32,726 bases of DNA. It comes from Solirubrobacterales bacterium. Its GTDB lineage: Bacteria > Actinomycetota > Thermoleophilia > Solirubrobacterales > 70-9. The notes under the pieces are model-generated. The model was given only the letters and a program-made list of their open reading frames with translations. It was not told the DNA's origin and did no database searches. The stretch lies in NCBI GenBank assembly GCA_049425265.1, contig JBMSXD010000001.1, positions 1 to 32,726 on the forward strand, written 5' to 3'. This document shows, one piece after another, positions 8,589 through 15,507 of this stretch; position 1 is the first letter of the stretch; each line of letters starts with the position of its first letter. The position numbers were made by a program, and so were the translations under genes.

Positions 8589-9884
8589 ATGGCACCGCCG
8601 GTCCGGGTCAACCGTTACCGTTGCCGGGTGGCCGAGGTCCTTCCCTTCAGAGCCCTCCATTACGAACTCGCCTCGGTCGGGTCGCTGGCCGACGTGACGG
8701 CACCGCCGTACGACGTGATCGACGAGGCCGAAAGGGCCGGATTGATGGCCCGCTCGCCCTTCAACGTGGTCGAACTCGACCTTCCCATCTCTCCGGAACC
8801 AGATGGCGATCCCTACACCCGGGCGGCCGAACTGCTCGAGGGTTGGCTGCTCTCCGGGGTACTGGCCCAGGACCGGGACCAGACGATCTGGGCCCTGACC
8901 CAGGACTACACCGGGCCGGAGGGAGGGAAGCAGCGACGAAACGCGATACTGGCACGGGTCCGGGTCACCGATTACGGGCCTGGCCAGATCAGGCCCCACG
9001 AGCGGACCCAGCCCGGCCCCAAACGGGACCGGCTCGACTTGACCAGGGCGACCAGGTACAACCTCTCGCCGATCTTCTCGCTGACCACCCGGGATGCCTG
9101 GCAACACGTCGAGCCGGTGACCGCCGGGGCTCCCTGGGCCGAAGTGACCGACGAGGACGGAACGGTCCACAGGCTCTGGCCGGTCACCGACCCGGAGGTC
9201 CACGATGCGGTGACCGGTGAGCTGGCCGGCTCCGAATTGCTGATCGCCGACGGACACCATCGCTACGAGACGGCCCGCGCCTACCGGGACGAGATCGGCG
9301 GCGAGGGCGACCACGAGTTCACCCTGATGGCCCTGACCGGCCTCGACGACCCGGGGTTGACGGTCTTTCCCACCCATCGGCTGTTGACCGACCTCGACTC
9401 GGACGGACTGGCTCGGCTGAGGGAGGCCCTCGCCGGGCCCTTCGAGGTGACCGAGGTAGCGGCCGGAGCCGACCCCGACCCCGCCGGACTGGAGGCGACC
9501 GGCTGCTTCGGCTACGTCGACCGGACCGGGGCACGCCATCTGCTCGAGCTAAGGGATCCCGGGACCCTGATCGACCTCATGCCAGACCGGAGCGATGCTT
9601 ACCGGACCCTCGACGCAGCGATCCTCGAAAAGGTCGTGCTCGAAGGAATGCTCGGGATGACCGAGGCCGACGTCGAGGCGAAGAAGGGCATCGGATACTC
9701 GAAGTCGATCGAGGACGCCCTGGACCGGATCGAAACCGACGAGGCCGATGCTGCTTTCATGCTCCGGGCGACTCCGGTCGAACAGGTAAGAGCGGTTGCC
9801 GATGCAGGCGAGACGATGCCACCGAAATCGACCTACTTCTTCCCCAAACTACTCTCGGGCATGGCATTCAACCCGCTGAGCTGA
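8589..9884 (+). CDS. DUF1015 family protein
   Basis: 'VLPFRALHY...APPYDVI' near the N-terminus and 'LIADGHHRYETA' are characteristic of DUF1015. The start is uncertain: ATG 8589 or GTG 8628. The ORF is open from 8496 but would then overlap the divergent FMO gene. Confidence 0.75.
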   Translation: MAPPVRVNRYRCRVAEVLPFRALHYELASVGSLADVTAPPYDVIDEAERAGLMARSPFNVVELDLPISPEPDGDPYTRAAELLEGWLLSGVLAQDRDQTIWALTQDYTGPEGGKQRRNAILARVRVTDYGPGQIRPHERTQPGPKRDRLDLTRATRYNLSPIFSLTTRDAWQHVEPVTAGAPWAEVTDEDGTVHRLWPVTDPEVHDAVTGELAGSELLIADGHHRYETARAYRDEIGGEGDHEFTLMALTGLDDPGLTVFPTHRLLTDLDSDGLARLREALAGPFEVTEVAAGADPDPAGLEATGCFGYVDRTGARHLLELRDPGTLIDLMPDRSDAYRTLDAAILEKVVLEGMLGMTEADVEAKKGIGYSKSIEDALDRIETDEADAAFMLRATPVEQVRAVADAGETMPPKSTYFFPKLLSGMAFNPLS

Positions 9885-9902
9885 TCGGTCAGGAGCCAAC
9901 CG

Positions 9903-10460
9903 ATGAAGATCTACACGCGAAAAGGAGACGACGGGAGCACATCCCTCTGGTACGGGGGCCGGGTGCCGAAGCCCGATCTGAGGACCGAGGCCTACGGGAC
10001 GCTCGACGAGGCCTGCTCGGACTTGGGCTGCGCCCGGGCGCTATGCGGTGAAGGAGAGGCCGAGCTGGCCGGCGACATCCTCGCCCTCCAGAACGCCCTG
10101 TTCGTCGCCGGAGCGGAACTGGCAACGGCCCCGGAAGCTGCCGACCGACTCGAGGACGGGATCAGTCGGATCACCGAGGCGATGACCTCGGAGGTCGAGG
10201 AGGCAATCGACCGATACATGGACCGCGTCGACCTGCCGCCGAAGTTCGTGATCCCCGGCGGCAATGAGCTCTCGGCCCACCTCGATGTTGCCCGAACGGT
10301 GATCCGGCGGGCAGAGCGGCGGGTGGTCACGATCAAACTGGAGGACGAGCTCACCTCCGACGAGCTGATCCGGTTCCTAAACCGGGCATCCGACCTCTGC
10401 TTCGCGATGGCCCGATTCGCCGACGTCGACGACCCGGAGCTGTTCGAGGGAAGAGGCTGA
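9903..10460 (+). CDS. ATP:cob(I)alamin adenosyltransferase, PduO-type
   Basis: 'MKIYTRKGDDGSTSL...RVPKPDLRTEAYGTLDEA' is the canonical PduO/MMAB N-terminus. AGGAG lies 7 nt upstream of the ATG. Confidence 0.88.
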   Translation: MKIYTRKGDDGSTSLWYGGRVPKPDLRTEAYGTLDEACSDLGCARALCGEGEAELAGDILALQNALFVAGAELATAPEAADRLEDGISRITEAMTSEVEEAIDRYMDRVDLPPKFVIPGGNELSAHLDVARTVIRRAERRVVTIKLEDELTSDELIRFLNRASDLCFAMARFADVDDPELFEGRG

Positions 10461-10861
10461 TGGAGACGACGGCAAGGGTGACCACGGGGCCCGACCTCCC
10501 ATGCGAAGTCGAGCTTGAAGCAGGCGATACGGTCCGGTCGATCGTCTTCGACCATGCCGGCGAGCTCTCCGACGGGGATGCCGGTCCCTCCTCGACCCAG
10601 GCCGTCAGCGCAGCCCTCGCTGCCTGTACCGCAGTCACCCTGAGGATCTACGCCGAGCGCAAGGGCTGGAGCCTCGATGGACTGGAGGTCGAGGTCGCGA
10701 CGACCTACGACGGCCCGAACCCCAGCCTGTTCACGGTGAGGATCGGCTGGCCCGAACACCTCGGACCCGACCAGGTAGAACGGCTGGAGCGGATCGCCGG
10801 CAAGTGCCCAGTCCACCGCCTGGTCGGCGAGGCGACCACGGTGGAGCTCGAGTCGGCCTGA
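10460..10861 (+). CDS. OsmC/Ohr family protein
   Basis: 133 aa with 'SSTQAVSAALAACTAVTLRIYAERKGW' and C-terminal 'KCPVHRL', the two conserved Cys regions of OsmC-like proteins. The ATG overlaps the upstream TGA (TGATG). Confidence 0.8.
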   Translation: METTARVTTGPDLPCEVELEAGDTVRSIVFDHAGELSDGDAGPSSTQAVSAALAACTAVTLRIYAERKGWSLDGLEVEVATTYDGPNPSLFTVRIGWPEHLGPDQVERLERIAGKCPVHRLVGEATTVELESA

Positions 10862-10866
10862 CGGAG

Positions 10867-11454
10867 GTGGCGGACGGTCCGCATCGGGGCGTCGTCCGGC
10901 CCGGGGACCTGGGCCCGGTACTCCTTTCGGAGGACGAAGCCGCGGGGATGACCGCCTACGGTGGTCGCGAGGCCGCCGTACTCGTTCCGGTTCGGGAGCG
11001 TGACGGGCGCACCGAAATCCTCTTTACCGAACGGCCTGAGCACCTCGAGAAACATGCCGGGGAGATCTCCTTTCCGGGCGGAAAGGTCGAGCCGGATGAC
11101 CGGAGTCCCCTCGAGGCGGCCCTCCGTGAGACCAAGGAAGAGGTCGGGCTCGCCCCGGAACAGGTCGAGGTGGTCGGGGCCCTGGCACCGGTCGGAACCT
11201 TCGTCACCTCGTTCAGGATCAGGCCCTTCGTCGGGATCCTCGACCGGGCGGCGGTACCCGTGCCCGATCCCTCGGAAGTCGCAGCCGTGCTCGGCTTCGG
11301 GATCGAGGAGCTGGCCCAGGCCTATGGGATGAGGCGGCTGGTCCGCCGGGGCGTGCCGATAAGGACACCGACCTTCACGATCGGGGACCACCTGATCTGG
11401 GGGGCGACCGCGAGGATCCTGACCGACCTGATGCGTCGAGCAGAGGCGCTTTAG
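10867..11454 (+). CDS. Nudix hydrolase, CoA pyrophosphatase (NudL-like)
   Basis: Nudix box 'GGKVEPDDRSPLEAALRETKEEVGL' preceded by the CoAse signature 'ILFTERPEHLEKHAGEISFPGG'. The start is uncertain: GTG 10867 just after the OsmC stop, or ATG 10948. Confidence 0.75.
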   Translation: MADGPHRGVVRPGDLGPVLLSEDEAAGMTAYGGREAAVLVPVRERDGRTEILFTERPEHLEKHAGEISFPGGKVEPDDRSPLEAALRETKEEVGLAPEQVEVVGALAPVGTFVTSFRIRPFVGILDRAAVPVPDPSEVAAVLGFGIEELAQAYGMRRLVRRGVPIRTPTFTIGDHLIWGATARILTDLMRRAEAL

Positions 11455-11470
11455 GACGGCCCTCCAGATG

Positions 11471-11489
11471 GGTCGGGAGCACCCCGACC
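11471..11489. terminator. GC-rich hairpin between convergent genes (Nudix gene and trxB); possible bidirectional terminator
   Basis: GGTCGGG (11471-11477) pairs perfectly with CCCGACC (11483-11489) around a 5-nt loop. It lies in the 39-bp gap between the two stop codons. There is no U-tract. Confidence 0.4.
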
Positions 11490-11493
11490 GGAC

Positions 11494-12447
11494 TCAGTCG
11501 CCGAGGCCCTCGTCCCTCAGGTACCACTCGGAGTCGAGTGCGCCCTGGCAACCGGACCCGGCCGCAGTGACCGCCTGCCGATAGGTGTGGTCGACCAGAT
11601 CGCCGACCGCGAAGACCCCCGCGAGGTTGGTCCGGGTCGAGCCGGGCTCGACCTTCACATAGCCGCCATCGTCGGTGTCGACCTGGCCGGTAACCAGTTC
11701 GGAGCGCGGGATATGACCGATCGCAACGAAGGCACCGTCGACCTCGAAATCCTCGACTTCGCCATTGTCGGCCTTCCTCAACCGTACGGCCGCCAGGGCC
11801 CCGTCGTCACCGGCGATGAACTCCTCGGGGACCCATGGCGTGCGCACCGTGATCTTCGGGTTGTCCTCGACCCGCTGCTGCATGATCTTCGAGGCGCGGA
11901 ACTCGTCCCGTCGGTGGACCAGCTCCAGACTCGAGGCAAACTTCGAGACGAAATCGGCATCCTCCATCGCCGAGTCCCCGCCGCCGATCACCATCGTCCG
12001 GCGATCCTTGAAGAAGGCCCCGTCGCAGACCCCACAGGTCGAGACGCCCCTACCGGTGAGCTCCATCTCCCCGGGAATTCCGAGCCTCCGGGGCTCGGCC
12101 CCCATTGCGAGGATCACCGTGTGGGCCTCGTACTTCTCGTCGCCGAGGATCGCCCGGTGGACGTCTCCGTCGGAGAGCTCGAGCTTTTCGACGTCATCGG
12201 AGATGAATCGGGTACCGAATCGCTCCGCCTGCTCACGGAACCTGGTCATCATCTCCGGACCCATGATCCCCTCCGGGAAGCCCGGGAAGTTCTCGACGTC
12301 CGTGGTGTTCTGGAGCTGTCCGCCCCACTCGAAGCCCTCGAACAACAGGGGCTCGAGTTCGGCTCGAGCGGCATAGATCGCCGCGGTGTAGCCGGCCGGG
12401 CCACCGCCGACGATGATCACTTTCTCAGTCCCGCTCGTTTCGGCCAT
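11494..12447 (-). CDS. trxB: Thioredoxin-disulfide reductase (low-Mr TrxR)
   Basis: 'VIIVGGGPAGYTAAIYAARA', redox motif 'CGVCDGAFF', NADPH motifs 'VIGGGDSAMEDA' and 'HRRDEFRA', and C-terminal 'GDLVDHTYRQAVTAAGSGCQGALD'. Confidence 0.92.
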   Translation of the reverse strand: MAETSGTEKVIIVGGGPAGYTAAIYAARAELEPLLFEGFEWGGQLQNTTDVENFPGFPEGIMGPEMMTRFREQAERFGTRFISDDVEKLELSDGDVHRAILGDEKYEAHTVILAMGAEPRRLGIPGEMELTGRGVSTCGVCDGAFFKDRRTMVIGGGDSAMEDADFVSKFASSLELVHRRDEFRASKIMQQRVEDNPKITVRTPWVPEEFIAGDDGALAAVRLRKADNGEVEDFEVDGAFVAIGHIPRSELVTGQVDTDDGGYVKVEPGSTRTNLAGVFAVGDLVDHTYRQAVTAAGSGCQGALDSEWYLRDEGLGD

Positions 12448-12521
12448 CTCGTTCCTTTCGAAGACCCGGTTGACCCGGGTGAGGCACTTTACTTAATGAA
12501 GTGGCGGAGCGTCACCCGGCC
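12448..12521 (-). promoter_or_regulatory. trxB leader/promoter region containing an AT-rich inverted repeat and a small hairpin
   Basis: A locally AT-rich island holds the inverted repeat CACTT-N9-AAGTG (12485-12503). On the minus strand there is a candidate -10 TAAAGT 18 nt after GTGACG. A 6-bp stem hairpin ACCCGG/CCGGGT sits at 12464-12480, and AAGGA lies before the ATG. Confidence 0.3.
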
Positions 12522-13625
12522 TCACGGTCCAGTTGCCGCCATGTCGCTGGAGGGGTTCCTGTCGATCGGCAGGCCCTTCGTCTTCCAGCCCTTGACCGTC
12601 TGTCGGAGCTGGACGAAGGCAACGACACCGAACGGGATCGGCAGCCAGAAGGCGATCAGTCGGTAGATCAGAACGGCCGCGAAGACGCCGGCCTCGGGAA
12701 GGCCGAAGAGGACGAAGGTCCCGATCATCCCGGCATCGACCGCGCCGACCCCGGCCGGCACGAAGGGGATCAGGTTGGCGGTCAGACCGATGAAGAAACC
12801 GAGGACGACCACGCCGAAGGTGACCGGTACCCCGAGTGCGAGGAATGAGGCCCAGAGGATGCCCACATTCGCCGCCCAGAACCCGACCGCACCGAAGAAG
12901 GCGAGGCCGGCCTTGCCCGGTGTCGCAAGCAGGCGGAGGGCATCGCGGAGCCGGGCGGTCAGGATGCGCCCACCGCGACGGTGACCGGCCAACTGCCTCA
13001 GTCGCCGTTCGATGTCGGCCGGTACGAGAGCCACTGCCAGACCTACAAGCATCACGAGGCCCGCGACTGCGGCCGGGACGATCGTCAGGCCGCTGGCCGT
13101 CGAGCCGCTCAAGACCCCGGTCTTCAACAGGACCCCGAAAACGATGATCGCGAGCGGGTAGAAGATGTAGTGGAGGGCGATGAAGGCGACCATCCGGGTC
13201 GCGACGTCACGTCGGCCCATGCCACCCTGCCGAAGGGCCCAGTAGGTGAGCACCACTCCCCCCGCCCCTCCGGCGGAGAAGATCAGGGTGGCTGCGAATC
13301 CGGCCATGTTTATTTCGTAGGCCTCGCGGATCGTGATCGGGAAGTCGTGACCACCGACCACGGAGCGAAACAGGGCGATGTAGGCGACGAAGGAGAGGAC
13401 CCCGCAGACCAGGGCGACCCCGACCCAGAACGGGTTCGCCGTCCCGACGGTCGTTATCGCATCGCCGAAGCCGGCCAGCTTGGGAAGGAGGAAGTTGATC
13501 CCGACCACCAGGATCACGATCAGGAGGGCCGACTGCACCGCTGCCTGGGTCGAGATGGTCGGGAGGTCGGGCCCCTCTTCCTCCGCCTCCGGTCGGTCCG
13601 CTTCCTCCCCCTCCCCCTTTTCCAC
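12522..13625 (-). CDS. Lysylphosphatidylglycerol-synthase-TM-region-like (YbhN/UPF0104 'flippase-like') membrane protein
   Basis: 367 aa and polytopic, with an acidic N-terminal tail followed by 'LPKLAGFGDAITTVGTANPFWVGVALVCGVLSFVAYIALFRSV', typical of the LPG_synthase_TM family. It starts 3 nt after the PAP2 gene stop. Confidence 0.72.
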   Translation of the reverse strand: MEKGEGEEADRPEAEEEGPDLPTISTQAAVQSALLIVILVVGINFLLPKLAGFGDAITTVGTANPFWVGVALVCGVLSFVAYIALFRSVVGGHDFPITIREAYEINMAGFAATLIFSAGGAGGVVLTYWALRQGGMGRRDVATRMVAFIALHYIFYPLAIIVFGVLLKTGVLSGSTASGLTIVPAAVAGLVMLVGLAVALVPADIERRLRQLAGHRRGGRILTARLRDALRLLATPGKAGLAFFGAVGFWAANVGILWASFLALGVPVTFGVVVLGFFIGLTANLIPFVPAGVGAVDAGMIGTFVLFGLPEAGVFAAVLIYRLIAFWLPIPFGVVAFVQLRQTVKGWKTKGLPIDRNPSSDMAATGP

Positions 13626-13628
13626 TGC

Positions 13629-14606
13629 TCAGCCGCTCCCGTCGGCCGCCACGGCCTCGAGCTGTCTCAGACCACCGTTCACCAGCGCCGTGAAGGGCCT
13701 GGCCAAGGGCTCGCCCTTCCTGACCAGCAGCACGATGGCAAGGCCTGCGAGGAGGTCGACCACGTAGTGCTCACCGAGGTAAACGAGGGCGAAGCCCAGG
13801 GTTCCCGCATAGACCCAGCCAAGTGCTCCCTGGACCTTCCCCCCTGACTCGGAGAGGAGGATCGCCGCCATCACCGAGGTCGCGAAGTGGAGCGACGGCA
13901 TGGCCGCCCAGGGATTCGACCCGAGGGTCCCGAAGATCCTGGTCCAGGCCGGCCCCCAGAGCCTCTCCCCGAACTCGACCATGACCCGCTTGACCTCCTC
14001 ATCGGTATGGCCGTTCTCCGACGCCCACCAAGGTGGCGCTGTCGGAGCGGCGAAGTAGACGACGCACCCGAGGTCGAAGACGGCCGCCATCTGGCGGGCC
14101 GAATGCGGGAAGGCATCGCGGTCTCGGAGCAGGATCCAGAACAGGGCCAGGTAGGGCTGGACAAACCAGAGCCAGTGGGTCCAGGCCGAGATCCGGGTCA
14201 GGACCCCCCCGGCCGGACCATCGTGCAGCAGTCGCTGGAGTCGCGCGTTGGGAAGGACACCCCGTCCGATCCACCGGTCGGCGACGATCGGGTAATCGAT
14301 CAGGAGCCTTCGTCTGAGTCGTGTCGGATTGTCGTAGGGGAGCTCATGGGTTACGGCGAAGGCCCACATCTGCCCGAGGAACAGGGCAACATCCCGTCGG
14401 CGCGAACGGGGCCAGAGGACCGCGATCGCAGCCGGTGCGAGCACCGTAGAGGCGACCGTGACCGCGGCCGGAATCCGAAGCTGGCGGCGAATGTGGGGAA
14501 CCACGACCGCGGCAGCCAGCGCGGTGACGGAGGCCGCCCTGAGCAGGGTCGAGGCCGTCGACCGTCTCCTTCGCCCGGGTCTGGGCTGGAGCAACGAACG
14601 GAGCAT
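13629..14606 (-). CDS. PAP2 superfamily (PAP2_3 / inositol-phosphoceramide-synthase-like) membrane protein
   Basis: C-terminal motifs 'AMPSLHFATS' and 'YLGEHYVVDLLAG' (PSxH ... HxxxD). I set the start at ATG 14604-14606 ('MLRSLLQ'). The longer ORF to 14843 would overlap the divergent subunit II-like gene. Confidence 0.72.
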   Translation of the reverse strand: MLRSLLQPRPGRRRRSTASTLLRAASVTALAAAVVVPHIRRQLRIPAAVTVASTVLAPAAIAVLWPRSRRRDVALFLGQMWAFAVTHELPYDNPTRLRRRLLIDYPIVADRWIGRGVLPNARLQRLLHDGPAGGVLTRISAWTHWLWFVQPYLALFWILLRDRDAFPHSARQMAAVFDLGCVVYFAAPTAPPWWASENGHTDEEVKRVMVEFGERLWGPAWTRIFGTLGSNPWAAMPSLHFATSVMAAILLSESGGKVQGALGWVYAGTLGFALVYLGEHYVVDLLAGLAIVLLVRKGEPLARPFTALVNGGLRQLEAVAADGSG

Positions 14607-14684
14607 CGCGGCCAAGGGTAGGCGACCGCGTCCCCGGCTGCCGACGGGCGGCCGGGAGGAAGGCGCCCGTCCGTTCCTTCCGCA

Positions 14685-14690
14685 TAGAAT
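14685..14690 (+). promoter_or_regulatory. TAGAAT (-10-like hexamer) overlapping the first ATG of the subunit II-like gene
   Basis: The sequence 'gcaTAGAATGgcc' is seen directly. This is one of only three TAGAAT hexamers I found by eye on either strand of the window. Confidence 0.25.
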
Positions 14691-15507
14691 GGCCACGCTC
14701 GTGGTGCTCTCCCGGAGAAAGCCGCTGCCCCTCGCCGTGGCCGCGATCGGAACCGTCGCGGCCGTCCTGATCGGTGCCGATCCGGCATCGGCCCTCTCGC
14801 TGAACCCGGATGCGATCTCGCCCGGGATCGCCAAGGGCAACACCCTTCACACGATCATGTTCGTCGTGATCGTGCTCGGGATCCTCGTGGTCAACCTCGC
14901 GATCCTGAGGGCGGTCCGCCCGCGTCATCGCTACGTCGAGGCCGAGGAGGTCGAGAGACCGAGCCGCTCGGGTCGTGTTGGGATCCTGCTCTCCCTGGTC
15001 GCCGTGGCGATCTTCGTCGTGGCGACCGTCTACACCTCTGCTTCCCGCGAGGTTCCCGAAAGCCGCGCGTCGGTCGATGGGACCCTCGAGGACGGCTCCC
15101 TCCGGATAACGGCAACCGGCCAGCAGTGGCTCTGGCGATTCAGTTACCCGAACGGTGCCTTCGGCTACCACCGACTGGTCGTACCGAAGGGCGTAACGAT
15201 CTCGCTCGAGCTGACTTCGAGCGACGTCGTCCATGGCTGGAACGTTCCCCCGCTCACCGGCAAGGCGCAGGCCGTTCCGGGCCAGACCCACCAGATCAGC
15301 TTCCGCGCCGACGAGGAGGGAACCTTCCGCGGCTGGGCATCCGTACTCTCGGGACAGGGCTACGCCGACATGGAATCGGTGGTCGAGGTCGTCCCGCCCG
15401 ATGAGTACCTGACCTACATCCGACGGCTCAAGAGGGAGATTCAGGGTGCTCAGGACATCGTCGAGGGCCAGGTCCAGGCCCAGGCCAGAAGGGCGATGAA
15501 CCAGTGA
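14689..15507 (+). CDS. Heme-copper oxidase subunit II-like cupredoxin protein lacking the CuA cysteines
   Basis: Two N-terminal TM segments plus a cupredoxin domain colinear with CtaC ('QQWLWRFSYP', 'DVVHGWNVP'). The CuA loop reads 'GWASVLSGQGYADM' where CtaC has 'ICTELCGAGHSVM'. The start is uncertain: ATG 14689, or GTG 14701/14704 if the mRNA is leaderless. Confidence 0.75.
   Translation: MATLVVLSRRKPLPLAVAAIGTVAAVLIGADPASALSLNPDAISPGIAKGNTLHTIMFVVIVLGILVVNLAILRAVRPRHRYVEAEEVERPSRSGRVGILLSLVAVAIFVVATVYTSASREVPESRASVDGTLEDGSLRITATGQQWLWRFSYPNGAFGYHRLVVPKGVTISLELTSSDVVHGWNVPPLTGKAQAVPGQTHQISFRADEEGTFRGWASVLSGQGYADMESVVEVVPPDEYLTYIRRLKREIQGAQDIVEGQVQAQARRAMNQ

Noticed and set aside
9885-9902. 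Cobalamin riboswitch upstream of the PduO-type adenosyltransferase.
   Set aside because: Only 18 nt separate it from the upstream gene, and these consist of an RBS. There is no space for a riboswitch.
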